Position numbers and translations under genes: made by a program. From positions 15,753 to 79,752 of the forward strand of contig DASVDX010000022.1 of NCBI GenBank assembly GCA_036380875.1: DNA of 64,000 bases, read 5' to 3'. Each line of letters starts with the position of its first letter. The first letter of the stretch is position 1. Below are positions 1 through 8,648 of this stretch, piece after piece. This stretch comes from Acidimicrobiia bacterium (GTDB taxonomy: Bacteria > Actinomycetota > Acidimicrobiia > Spongiisociales > ZC4RG35). The notes under the pieces are model-generated. The model was not told where the DNA came from. It saw only the letters and a list, made by a program, of their open reading frames with translations, and ran no database searches.

Positions 1-444
1 GACCGAAGCTCGGTCGAGCCATTGCGCATCCTCTACCAGACACAGCAGAGGCCGCTCATCGGCTGCAGCCGAGAGGAGATGCAGAACCCCGAGACCGACC
101 AGGAACTTGTCGGGTGCAGCTCCGCCTCGCAATCCCAGAGCGGTGCCCAGGGCGTCCTGTTGGGGCTCCGGCAGCAGGTCCAGGTGGTCCAACAGCGGAG
201 CGCACAACTGCTGGACGCCGGCGAAAGCGAGCTCCATCTCGGACTCGATTCCGACGGCGCGTTCCACGCGGAAGCTCGGATTGGCTTCCACGAGGTTCTC
301 CAGTAGGGTCGTCTTGCCGACGCCCGACTCACCCCTGACGATCAGCGCCTGAGCGTCGCCGCCCACCGCCCGGTCCATCGATCGCTGGAGCGACGCACGT
401 TCGGAATGACGGCCGTACAGGATCGGGGGATCCCTATCGGGCAC
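1..444 (-). CDS. LuxR-family large ATP-binding (LAL/AAA) transcriptional regulator, N-terminal about 148 aa; the rest lies beyond the left window edge
   Basis: Minus-strand translation VPDRDPPILYGRHSERASLQRSMDRAVGGDAQALIVRGESGVGKTTLLENLVEA...LLCLVDDAQWLDRAS carries a Walker A motif and a DD..W Walker B-like motif typical of LAL regulators. GTG start near 442-444 follows an in-frame TAG. It is absent from the ORF track because it runs off the edge. Confidence 0.7.
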   Translation of the reverse strand, partial: MPDRDPPILYGRHSERASLQRSMDRAVGGDAQALIVRGESGVGKTTLLENLVEANPSFRVERAVGIESEMELAFAGVQQLCAPLLDHLDLLPEPQQDALGTALGLRGGAAPDKFLVGLGVLHLLSAAADERPLLCLVEDAQWLDRASV

Positions 445-496
445 GTCGAACCACGACTTCCAACCCTACTCCTGCTCGCACGATACGTGGTCGGCC

Positions 497-1372
497 TCAG
501 GCGGGCGGGTTCGGTTCGAACGCAAACACCCGACGAGGAGCCGGGACTCCCTTGAGCTCATGGAGACCGCGATCGGTGAACGCCAGTCCCGCGCCGGAGC
601 TCAGCTCGTAGGTCGTGCTCGACACGAGTATGTCGCCCGCAGACGCCAGAGCGAGGATCCGTGCGGCTTCATGGACGGCGAGGCCCCGAACGTTGCCTGG
701 CACCAATTCGACCTCGCCGGTGTGGACAGCGACGCGGATGTCCAGTCCGATGGCCTCGAGCTCCTCGCGCATCGCGACGGCGGCGAGGACGGCGCGCCCC
801 GCTCCGTTGAATGTGGCGAGGAAGCCGTCGCCGGTCGTGTCGATCTCAGTTCCTCCGAATTCCTCCAGAGCCTCCCGGATGAGCGAGTTGTGGCGCTCCA
901 TGAGCTGATCCCACGCGGCGTCACCCACCCGGGCGGCATGAGCAGTGGAACCGGCGATGTCCGTGAACAAGAGCGTTGTCAGGATGCGGTTGCCGGTAGG
1001 GCTCTTGCCGAACCCTCGCCAGCCTCCCCATATCACCAGGACCGAGGGTTCGTCACCGACGACCCAGACATCGTGCCCGGCAGGTATGTCGAAGACATCG
1101 CCGGCCGTCACGCTGAACTCCGTTCCATCGTCCATGCGGAAGCGGAGCTCACCGCTCAACCCGACGCCGACATGATGGAACTGACAGGAGTCGGTGCCGG
1201 CGATGGGCTTGATCTGCTCGGCCCAATGCCAGCCTGGATTGCACACGATCTTGCCGATCACCAGGTCGCCGAGACGGACCGTCATGCCGGAGCCGTACGG
1301 GAACGCTTGGACCTCTTCGGCGTCGTCGAAACTCTGCGCGTATCGGATCGGTGGCCGAAGGGGAGTTTTCAC
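497..1372 (-). CDS. Cupin-domain / class III adenylate-guanylate cyclase fusion protein
   Basis: N-terminal cupin motifs (FHHVGVGLSGE...G.H) followed by cyclase motifs LLFTDIAGST, TTGDGFLATF and VRVAVHTGEV. Start is put at the GTG (VKTPLRPP) because GC3 falls to about 50% upstream of it. The stop of the preceding small ORF overlaps this start. Confidence 0.8.
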   Translation of the reverse strand: MKTPLRPPIRYAQSFDDAEEVQAFPYGSGMTVRLGDLVIGKIVCNPGWHWAEQIKPIAGTDSCQFHHVGVGLSGELRFRMDDGTEFSVTAGDVFDIPAGHDVWVVGDEPSVLVIWGGWRGFGKSPTGNRILTTLLFTDIAGSTAHAARVGDAAWDQLMERHNSLIREALEEFGGTEIDTTGDGFLATFNGAGRAVLAAVAMREELEAIGLDIRVAVHTGEVELVPGNVRGLAVHEAARILALASAGDILVSSTTYELSSGAGLAFTDRGLHELKGVPAPRRVFAFEPNPPA

Positions 1373-1620
1373 CCGGCGAGGTCCTGGGCTGGAGTGGACG
1401 GGCCCGGCTTCAGATCGACCAGCGTCTCCCACGCATGATCACGATCCAAGAACTTGGCCATCATGACGTCTTCGCCGTCGTTGACGACCCCGTGGATCAC
1501 CCAGTGATCGGCGGCGATCCGGACGATGTCGGAAGCGATGACCGCATGTTCGTCGATCATCCGTTCCAGGAATGCCTGCTGGGGGGAGAGGTCTTGCTCG
1601 AAGTCCGGGAAACGGTCCAT
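1369..1620 (-). CDS. Hypothetical small protein (about 83 aa), coupled upstream of the cupin-cyclase
   Basis: ORF MDRFPDFEQDLSPQQAFLERMIDEHAVIASDIVRIAADHWVIHGVVNDGEDVMMAKFLDRDHAWETLVDLK has high GC3 on the minus strand and lower GC3 in the overlapping plus-frame ORF. No domain recognised. Confidence 0.4.
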   Translation of the reverse strand: MDRFPDFEQDLSPQQAFLERMIDEHAVIASDIVRIAADHWVIHGVVNDGEDVMMAKFLDRDHAWETLVDLKPGPSTPAQDLAG

Positions 1621-1781
1621 GCCGCCATAGTGGCGATCAGTGCAGAGGGCTGCCTCCGTAGGAATCCCTAGTCGTGACCTCCGGGCGGAGGGCCACGTAG
1701 CGAATTGCCTCGCGGGATACTGCGTTTCTGGACGGAACACGACTCACCATCGACCGGAGGCTCGTCGACGCCACGCTGGCG

Positions 1782-2888
1782 GTGGCGTCGACAGCGGCAG
1801 TCGCTGCCGCCATCGCCGTCGCCCCCTCGCAGGGCGAGCCGCGCACCCTCGCCACCTACACCCTGGCGCCGGTGGTGGGTGCCCTGTCGCTCCTGCGGAG
1901 GCGATGGCCGCTCGGGGCGCTGCTCGTCTCGGCGGCGAGTCTCCAGATCTACAACCTGTTGGACAATCCCGGCATCTTCGCCGCCGTCCCCCTTTCGGTG
2001 ACGCTCGCTGCCGCCTGGGCGTCCGGACATCGACTGGTGTCGCTCGCCCTGGCGGTGTGGTTCGGCGTGAGCCCGGTCGTGTTCGCCCTGGTGGCCGACC
2101 TCCCGGAAGCGATGCGGACTCTGATCCTCGAGGGGGCGATTCCCGACGCAGCGCTGTTGGCTTCGGTCCTGCTGCTCGGGGAGGCCATCCGGAGCCGTCG
2201 CCAGCTGGACCGAGCCCACAACCTCCTCCTCGCCGAGCAGGACAGATCGGAGGCGCTCCTCCTCAACGTGCTTCCGGCCAGCATCGCCGACCGTCTCAAG
2301 CAGGACGAGAAAGTGATCGCCGACCAGTTCGACGACGTAACGGTGATGTTCGCCGACCTGGTGGGCTTCACCCAGGCCAGCCAGCAGGTCCGTCCCGACG
2401 AGTTGGTGGGGACGCTCGACGAGTTGTTCTCCACGTTCGACCGTCTCGTCGAACGCCACGGACTGGAGAAGATCAAGACCATCGGCGACGCCTACATGGT
2501 CGCCGGCGGGTTGCCCGACCCTAGACCCGATCATGCCGCGGCTGTTGCCGACATGGCGCTCGCACTGCGTCGCGCCGTCTCGGAGCGGGTCGACCCCGCC
2601 GGGCACCCGATGGACGTCCGGATCGGGATCGACACCGGTCCCGTGGTGGCCGGGGTGATCGGAAGACACAAGTTCGCCTACGACCTCTGGGGGGACACCG
2701 TCAACACCGCCAGCCGCATGGAATCCCACGGGGTGCCGGGCCGGATCCAAGTCACCGAGCGCACGTACCGCCGGCTGCGTGATGCGTACCTCTTCGAGCC
2801 GCGTGGACCCGTGGAGATCAAAGGGAAGGGAATCATGGACACGTGGTTCCTGCTCGGGAGATCGGGCGAAGACGAGCACGACGAATAG
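1782..2888 (+). CDS. Membrane-anchored class III adenylate/guanylate cyclase
   Basis: N-terminal about 170 aa of hydrophobic helices, then VTVMFADLVGFT...KTIGDAYMVAGG...VRIGIDTGPVVAGVIG...GDTVNTASRMES. GTG start, TAG stop at 2886-2888. Confidence 0.85.
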   Translation: MASTAAVAAAIAVAPSQGEPRTLATYTLAPVVGALSLLRRRWPLGALLVSAASLQIYNLLDNPGIFAAVPLSVTLAAAWASGHRLVSLALAVWFGVSPVVFALVADLPEAMRTLILEGAIPDAALLASVLLLGEAIRSRRQLDRAHNLLLAEQDRSEALLLNVLPASIADRLKQDEKVIADQFDDVTVMFADLVGFTQASQQVRPDELVGTLDELFSTFDRLVERHGLEKIKTIGDAYMVAGGLPDPRPDHAAAVADMALALRRAVSERVDPAGHPMDVRIGIDTGPVVAGVIGRHKFAYDLWGDTVNTASRMESHGVPGRIQVTERTYRRLRDAYLFEPRGPVEIKGKGIMDTWFLLGRSGEDEHDE

Positions 2889-2899
2889 AGGAGCCTCCA

Positions 2900-4279
2900 A
2901 TGGCCATGGCCATCGACCCCGTGTGCGGGATGAGGATCGACACCGACGATGCCGTCGCCCGCACCGAATACGAAGGAACCACGTACTACTTCTGCAGCCG
3001 GGTGTGTTACGAGGCGTTCGTCGCCGACCAGGGGCTGTACGCGATCGGGTCCGGGAGCGATCGCCTGGACGAAGAGGAGTTGGCGAAGCGCGGCTTCACG
3101 ACCCCCGAGCACGTCGCCCGGCTGGTCGAACTGGGGATCGTGGATCCGAAGGACGGAACATTCGACCAAGAGGACGTCATGCGGGTGCGGGTCGTCGCTC
3201 AGCTGCAGGAAGCAGGCATCGAGCTCGGAGCGCTGGCCGAGGCGCTACGCAGCGGCCACCTCACGCTGGGCTACATGCAGTCTTCGGCGAGGAAGCACCC
3301 GCGTTCCAAGGCGACCTTCGCCGGGGTAGCCGAAGAGATCGGGGTCGGCTTCGACGTCCTCGAACGCCTCTATCTGGCGATGGGGCTGGCGCGACCCGCC
3401 CCCGACGAGCCGGCGCGAGAAGAAGACAGGCAGGCTCTCCGGGGACTAGGGGTCTTGTTCGAGGCCGGCGTCGAGGTCGACGATGTCATTCGGATGGCAC
3501 GGCTGTGGGGAGACAGCGTCCGAAAGATCGCCCAATACGTCCCGCACTACTTCCACAACACCGTCGAGCAGCAGTACCGCAACCAGGGATTGTCCGACAA
3601 CCGGGCCTACGAGGAGGCACTACGCCAGGTCGGGTTGCGCATCGGGCGTTCCGGCGAAGACTTCCTCGGGTGGCTGTTCCGACGGCATACCGACAACTTT
3701 GCCGTCGCTCACCAGTTCGAGCACGTGGAGGCGGGTCTCGAGTTGGCCGGCGTGAGGCGGCGGTCGGAGCGGGGGATCGAGGCGGCGGTGTTCGCCGACC
3801 TGTCCGGGTTCACCGAGCTCACCGAACGTTCCGGCGACCGAGCCGCCGCCGACGTCGCCTTGTCTCTCGCCGAACTGGCCACGGAGGAGGCTGGGCGTCA
3901 TGGCGGAGAAGTCGTCAAGCTCCTCGGCGACGGTGTCCTCCTCCACCTACCTGACCCGACCGACGCCGTGCACGTCGCCCTGGCGATCGTCGACGGGGCC
4001 GACTCGTTGGGTCTTCCCCCCGCCCATGTCGGCGTCGAGGCCGGGTCGATGCTCTACGAGGGCGGCGACTACTTCGGGCGCACGGTCAACCTGGCCGCCC
4101 GCATCGCCTCGGAGGCGGGGCCGGGGCAGGTGTTCGTAGGGGAGGGGGTCGCCGCCAATGCCGCTGCCGAGGATTTCTCCCTCATCACAGCCGGTCATTT
4201 CACCCTGAAGGGCGTCTCCGGGAAGGTGGAGATCTTCGAGGTGACACGTGGCGCAACTCCGCCCCAGGGGACTGGTTGA
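2900..4279 (+). CDS. YHS/TRASH metal-binding domain + central domain + class III nucleotidyl cyclase domain protein
   Basis: N-terminus MAMAIDPVCGMRIDTDDAVARTEYEGTTYYFCSRVCYEAF matches the YHS/TRASH CGM...YYFCS..C motif. C-terminus AAVFADLSGFTEL...KLLGDGVLLH...GRTVNLAARIAS is a cyclase domain. RBS GAGGAG lies 7-9 nt upstream of the ATG at 2900. Confidence 0.85.
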   Translation: MAMAIDPVCGMRIDTDDAVARTEYEGTTYYFCSRVCYEAFVADQGLYAIGSGSDRLDEEELAKRGFTTPEHVARLVELGIVDPKDGTFDQEDVMRVRVVAQLQEAGIELGALAEALRSGHLTLGYMQSSARKHPRSKATFAGVAEEIGVGFDVLERLYLAMGLARPAPDEPAREEDRQALRGLGVLFEAGVEVDDVIRMARLWGDSVRKIAQYVPHYFHNTVEQQYRNQGLSDNRAYEEALRQVGLRIGRSGEDFLGWLFRRHTDNFAVAHQFEHVEAGLELAGVRRRSERGIEAAVFADLSGFTELTERSGDRAAADVALSLAELATEEAGRHGGEVVKLLGDGVLLHLPDPTDAVHVALAIVDGADSLGLPPAHVGVEAGSMLYEGGDYFGRTVNLAARIASEAGPGQVFVGEGVAANAAAEDFSLITAGHFTLKGVSGKVEIFEVTRGATPPQGTG

Positions 4280-4314
4280 CGGGGCGAGGGAGCCGGCTCT
4301 AAGGTGCGGCGGGT

Positions 4315-4330
4315 AATCGATTATCGAAGA
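4315..4330. promoter_or_regulatory. AT-rich palindrome AATCGATtATCGAAGA (core TCGATtATCGA) 40-55 bp upstream of the dikinase/GntR/Mo-hydroxylase operon start
   Basis: Perfect 5+1+5 inverted repeat in an otherwise 70% GC region. The identical core recurs at 13978-14000. Confidence 0.55.
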
Positions 4331-4370
4331 TAGGACCCGCGACCGGAGGCGAGCTGGAGAGGAGGACTCC

Positions 4371-6158
4371 GTGGCCGACAGCAGCCCTGTGATCAAGCAG
4401 TTCCTGGGAGACGAGAGCTTCCCGATCGAGTGGGAGTCCGAAGAGGAGAAGAAGCTCTTCTGGTTCTTCGACGACCTCCACTGTCCACAGCCTCTCTCGC
4501 CCATGTACTTCGACATCGGCGGATGGTGGCTGACCTGCGATCACATGTTCCGGCGATTCGGCACCCCGTTCGCCGTCGACTGGGTCGCCAAGAACGTCAA
4601 CGGCTATCTGTACACGGCTGCCATCCCGGCGGACCCCGACGTCCGCGTCGATGCCATGGAGTACGGGTACCGCTACGTGCCGCGGGTGCCGAAGGACGAC
4701 CCCAACTACGCCGCCGAGATGGGCGCCTACCTGAACGCCGTGCTCCCGGTGTACGGCCAGCACTTCGCCGACTGGTGGGAGAACCGCCTCGTCCCGGAGA
4801 TGAAGCGGAACTTCGCCTACCTCGAGGAGAAGATCGACAACTGGCAGGACATCTCTCTGATGGAGTGGGCGACGATCCTCGAGGACGCCATCGACATCCA
4901 CGATCGCCACTGGAAGATCCACTGGATGCTCAACTTCGCCCAGTTGTCCGCCACCTTGAACCTCGAGGCGACGATGCGCGAGGTGAAGGGTGAGGTAGAC
5001 CCGGAGATCCTCGGCCGCCTGCAGAACTCCGCCAAGGACCGCAACTGGGACTCGATCGAGGCCCTGTGGAAGATGAAGGAGGAGATCGTCGCCGACGAGG
5101 AGCTGTCGACGATCTTCGCCCGTGAGACCGGTGTCGACGTGATGGCGGCGCTCGAGGCCTCAGAGCGCGGCCGCCGCTTCATCGAGGAGCGACTCCGCCC
5201 CTACCAGCGCGAGTTCGGCTGGCATTCGGTGTGGAGCCACGAGTTCATCTTCCCCACTCGCTTCGAGCGTCCCGAGCCGATCCTCGAGGTGATCAAGGGC
5301 TACATCGAAACCGACTACGACTACCCGGCGCGGGTGGAGGAGCTGAGAAAGGACATCGAGGAGGCGTCCCGGCAGCTGCTCGAAGGCCTCGAGGGCGAAG
5401 CCCTCGAGAAGTTGCGGGCGGCGAACGAGATCAACCTGAAGATGGCGCCGCTCACGCCCGACCACCACTTCTACATCGACCAGGGCACCAACGCCCATCT
5501 CCGGGTCGTGCTGGTCTGCATCGGCCGAAAGCTCGTCGAAGCCGGTCATCTCGACGACCCCGAGGACGTGATCTTCCTGCGCTACAACGAGTTGCGCCGG
5601 TTCATGGCCGACCCGGAGAACTTCGACGCCCGCAGCATCGTGTCACAGCGCAAAGACGAGAGGGAGGCGGCCTACGACATCCGGCCCCGGGACTGGATCG
5701 GCACGGCCACGGAGCAGGCCCTCTCGTTCCCGTACCTCGGCCTGTGGGGCTTCCCCGAACGCCTGTACATGGAGCAGCCGGAAGCCGAGGACCAGGTCAA
5801 CGGCCTCGCGGCTTCTCCCGGCGTCGTCACCGGCACGGCCAAGGTCGTGTTGAGCGTGGACGAGTTCGACCAGGTCGAGAAGGGCGACATCCTCGTCTGC
5901 CAGATGACGAACCCGGCGTGGGTGGTGCTCTTCACCAAGATCTCCGGCCTCGTCACCGACGCGGGAGGCACCGCCTCGCATCCTGCCGTTCTCGCCCGCG
6001 AGTTCGGGATCCCCGCGGTCATCGGAACGTCCGTCGCCACGTCGCGGATCGAGTCGGGAGACAAGTTGCGCGTGAACGGATCGACCGGTGTGGTGGAGAT
6101 CCTCGGCGCCGACCACCAGGAGCGCGAGGCCCCCGCCAGCGACCTGTTCACTACATGA
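4371..6158 (+). CDS. PEP-synthase-like dikinase large subunit: about 480-aa N-terminal domain plus C-terminal PEP-utilizing swivel phospho-His domain (PpsA-like / RPH RD+HD-like)
   Basis: C-terminal motif GLVTDAGGTASHPAVLAREFGIPAVIGT is the PEP-utilizers mobile domain with the catalytic His. GTG start with RBS GGAGAGGAGG. Stop overlaps the GntR start (ATGA). Confidence 0.85.
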   Translation: MADSSPVIKQFLGDESFPIEWESEEEKKLFWFFDDLHCPQPLSPMYFDIGGWWLTCDHMFRRFGTPFAVDWVAKNVNGYLYTAAIPADPDVRVDAMEYGYRYVPRVPKDDPNYAAEMGAYLNAVLPVYGQHFADWWENRLVPEMKRNFAYLEEKIDNWQDISLMEWATILEDAIDIHDRHWKIHWMLNFAQLSATLNLEATMREVKGEVDPEILGRLQNSAKDRNWDSIEALWKMKEEIVADEELSTIFARETGVDVMAALEASERGRRFIEERLRPYQREFGWHSVWSHEFIFPTRFERPEPILEVIKGYIETDYDYPARVEELRKDIEEASRQLLEGLEGEALEKLRAANEINLKMAPLTPDHHFYIDQGTNAHLRVVLVCIGRKLVEAGHLDDPEDVIFLRYNELRRFMADPENFDARSIVSQRKDEREAAYDIRPRDWIGTATEQALSFPYLGLWGFPERLYMEQPEAEDQVNGLAASPGVVTGTAKVVLSVDEFDQVEKGDILVCQMTNPAWVVLFTKISGLVTDAGGTASHPAVLAREFGIPAVIGTSVATSRIESGDKLRVNGSTGVVEILGADHQEREAPASDLFTT

Positions 6159-6865
6159 CCGCAGAACGAGACGAAATCGAGCGAGACGACTTCGGACGCG
6201 AGGACCTCAACCGCGAGGTCCTCAGCGTTCAGGTGAAGGACCGGATCCTGCAGTGGATCATGGAGGGCGAGTTGCCGCCAGGCTCCCGCATCGTCGAGAC
6301 GCGGGTGGCCCGCCGCCTCGGGGTCAGCCAGGCCCCGGTCCGGGAGGCGCTGAGGGACCTCGCCAGCGTCGGCATCGTCCAGGTGGAGCCCTATAGGGGA
6401 GCGTTCGTTCGCGAGCCGAGCCGTGAGGAGCTCGTCGAGGCGATGACCCTGCGGGGGGAGCTCGAAGCGCTCGGCGCCCGATGGGCGGTGGAGCGCATCA
6501 CCGACGAGGACCTGGCCGAACTGCGGTGGCTGATCGGCGCCATGGAGGAAGCCGCCGAAGCCCACGACACCCACGCTCACGCCCTCCACAACACGAGATT
6601 CCACCAGCGGATCATGGAAGCCTCCGGCAATCGCTCGTTGTTGTGGGTGTGGTCGCTCCTCGAGCCCATGGCCCGCACCTACTACACGGCCGCCGTGTCG
6701 GGGGCAGACCTCGGCTGGCTCGGCCGCCGGCACGTAGCGATTCTCGAGGCGCTCGAGTCCCGTGACGCCGAGAAGGTGGCCGACGTGATGCGGGCCCACG
6801 CCATGGAGGCCGAAGAGATCGTTCTGTCCCACTACCCCGACACTGAAGGAGGAGACCCGCGGTGA
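6155..6865 (+). CDS. GntR-family (FadR/FCD subfamily) transcriptional regulator
   Basis: N-terminal wHTH (VETRVARRLGVSQAPVREALRDL) followed by an all-helical FCD-like C-terminal domain. 4-bp overlaps with both neighbouring genes (ATGA upstream, GTGA downstream). Confidence 0.85.
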   Translation: MTAERDEIERDDFGREDLNREVLSVQVKDRILQWIMEGELPPGSRIVETRVARRLGVSQAPVREALRDLASVGIVQVEPYRGAFVREPSREELVEAMTLRGELEALGARWAVERITDEDLAELRWLIGAMEEAAEAHDTHAHALHNTRFHQRIMEASGNRSLLWVWSLLEPMARTYYTAAVSGADLGWLGRRHVAILEALESRDAEKVADVMRAHAMEAEEIVLSHYPDTEGGDPR

Positions 6866-7806
6866 CCACCCAGGCAGACGCCATCCTGTGGTTCGACCAC
6901 GCCGACTGCCGGCGTGTCGAAGTCGCCGGCGGCAAGGGTGCCAGCCTGGCATCGATGACCGCCTTGGGGCTCCCGGTTCCGCCTGGATTCCTGGTGCCGG
7001 CTTCGGCACTCGACCGGGCGCTGCACCAATCCGGCCACGCCTCCGAGATGCTCTCGGTCCTCTCCTCGATCAAGGGGGAGAACGACGTCGAGCCCGCCTC
7101 GGAGCAGCTGCAGAGGCTCGTGCTGGACTCCCCGATCACCGGAACGCTGGCCGAAGCCATCGCCGATGCCTACGAGAGCCTCGATCAGGGCGGCGGGGTG
7201 GCGGTCCGCTCGAGCGCCTGTGCCGAAGACGGGGAGGTGGCCAGTTACGCCGGCCAGCAGGACACCTACCTCAACGTGAGAGGCGCCGACCAGGTGCTCC
7301 ACTACGTCAACCGTTGCTGGGCCTCGTTCTTCGGGACCCGTGCCCTCTTCTACCGCCGTCTCAAGGGGTCGCTCCAGGACCTGGGGATGGCCGTCGTCGT
7401 TCAACGCCAACTCGACGCCGACAAGGCGGGCGTCATGTTCACGATCGACCCGGTTCGGCGCCGCCGCGACCAGCTTCTCATCGAGGCGGCGTGGGGCCTG
7501 GGCGAGGCTGTCGTCTCCGGGGCGGTGATCCCTGACCAATACATCGTGGCCCGGGACGGCCGGCTCAAGAAGGCGCAGGTGTCGCGCCAGGACAAGATGG
7601 TCGTGCGCCGGGCCGACGGAGGGACGGAAGAGGTCGAGCTCTCCGAGGATCAGGCGACCAGCCAGGTCCTGGACGAAGCCGAACTGTCCCAGCTCGTCGA
7701 GCTGGGGCTGCGGGCCGAAGAGATCTTCGGCGGTCCCCAGGACGTGGAGTGGGCGTTCGAGAACGGAAGCCTCTACCTCCTCCAGTCCCGCCCTGTGACC
7801 GCCTGA
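6862..7806 (+). CDS. Pyruvate-phosphate-dikinase N-terminal (PPDK_N, ATP-grasp, PEP/pyruvate-binding) domain protein; dikinase ATP-binding subunit (PpsB-like / RPH AD-like)
   Basis: VEVAGGKGASLASM...GFLVPASAL...VAVRSSACAEDGEVASYAGQQDTYLNV...GVMFTIDP...QDVEWAF matches the PEP-synthase N-terminal ATP-binding domain. GTG start overlaps the GntR stop. Confidence 0.85.
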   Translation: MTTQADAILWFDHADCRRVEVAGGKGASLASMTALGLPVPPGFLVPASALDRALHQSGHASEMLSVLSSIKGENDVEPASEQLQRLVLDSPITGTLAEAIADAYESLDQGGGVAVRSSACAEDGEVASYAGQQDTYLNVRGADQVLHYVNRCWASFFGTRALFYRRLKGSLQDLGMAVVVQRQLDADKAGVMFTIDPVRRRRDQLLIEAAWGLGEAVVSGAVIPDQYIVARDGRLKKAQVSRQDKMVVRRADGGTEEVELSEDQATSQVLDEAELSQLVELGLRAEEIFGGPQDVEWAFENGSLYLLQSRPVTA

Positions 7807-7808
7807 TC

Positions 7809-8648
7809 GTGTTCGGTTACGCCCGACCCGAGTCACTTCCCGAAGCCCTCGAGCTCGTCGGCGCCGGGGCCCGCCCGCTCGCCGGCGGCACCGATCTCTT
7901 GGTCGGTCTGAGAAAAGGCAAGTTCACCGCGGACCGGGTGGTCGACCTGAAGGCGATCACGGAGCTCCAGCCAGCGATCTACGAGACCCATGGCGGTTGG
8001 GAGATCACCGCCGGCACGGTGATGAGTGACATCGTCGACCACCCGGGCGTCCGGGCGAGATATCCGGCGCTGGTCCAGGCGGCATCTGCGGTCGGCTCTA
8101 TCCAGATCCGCAACCGGGCGACGCTGGCCGGCAACGTGTGCAACGCCTCTCCCGCCGCCGACACGGCTCCGCCGCTCCTCGTCTACGACGCCTCCGTCGT
8201 GGTCGCGGGGGCCGACGGCGAGCGCACGATCTCGCTCGTCGACTTCTTCGTGGGTCCCGGCCAGACAGCCCTCCTCCCCGGCGAGCTGGTGACCCGTCTG
8301 GTGCTGCCGCCTCCCACACGGTCCGCCGCGTTCGCCCGCCTCACCCGGCGGCGAGGCGTCGACCTGGCGACGGTGAGCGTGTGCTGCGGGGTGGGTGACG
8401 ACGGCAGTGTCCGCTTCGCCCTCGGCGCCGCCGGACCGCGGCCGCTCGTGGTGGAGGACACAAGCGGGACGTTGGCGGACCCCGCCGCTCCGGAAGGGGA
8501 TGTCAGCGGCCGCATCGGCGAGCTCCTCGCAGTCGCCACTCCGATCTCCGATGTTCGCGCCGGCGCCGACTACCGCCGGGCGATGCTCGAAGTCCTCGCC
8601 CACCGGACTCTCGAGGCAGCGTTGGCCCAGAGGGAGGAGCGGCGATGA
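7809..8648 (+). CDS. Xanthine dehydrogenase family FAD-binding (medium, CoxM/XdhB-like) subunit
   Basis: FGYARPESLPEALELVG...AGGTDLLV and FAD-binding molybdopterin dehydrogenase motifs. GTG start 2 nt after the PPDK_N stop. Confidence 0.85.
   Translation: MFGYARPESLPEALELVGAGARPLAGGTDLLVGLRKGKFTADRVVDLKAITELQPAIYETHGGWEITAGTVMSDIVDHPGVRARYPALVQAASAVGSIQIRNRATLAGNVCNASPAADTAPPLLVYDASVVVAGADGERTISLVDFFVGPGQTALLPGELVTRLVLPPPTRSAAFARLTRRRGVDLATVSVCCGVGDDGSVRFALGAAGPRPLVVEDTSGTLADPAAPEGDVSGRIGELLAVATPISDVRAGADYRRAMLEVLAHRTLEAALAQREERR

Noticed and set aside
444-499. Cupin-cyclase and LAL ATPase as a single frameshifted pseudogene
   Set aside because: Joining the two frames requires at least two separate frameshifts: the cyclase-frame stop at 497-499 lies upstream of an ATPase-frame stop near 466-468. 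So they are called as two genes, with a note in findings.
1668-2900. Long antisense ORFs (for example 1668-2900 minus, 5672-7009 minus, 20667-21980 minus, 25371-26720 minus, 37015-38721 minus, 40113-42302 minus, 43468-45543 minus, 49951-51759 minus, 51702-53234 minus, 53682-55364 minus)
   Set aside because: Shadow ORFs typical of 70% GC DNA. The opposite strand in each case encodes a protein with clear domain motifs and high GC3, and the antisense translations are Arg/Pro/Gly-rich low-complexity sequence.
5231-6865. 544-aa ORF in the track (also 977-aa 50214-53147, 597-aa 23648-25441, 551-aa 31052-32707, 720-aa 14035-16197, 518-aa 31924-33480)
   Set aside because: Only the 3-prime portions carry recognisable domains (GntR, SBP, AroE-like, LivH, permease, LivF). 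The 5-prime extensions are out-of-frame read-through across neighbouring genes, so starts were moved to internal ATG/GTG with an RBS and operon-consistent overlaps.
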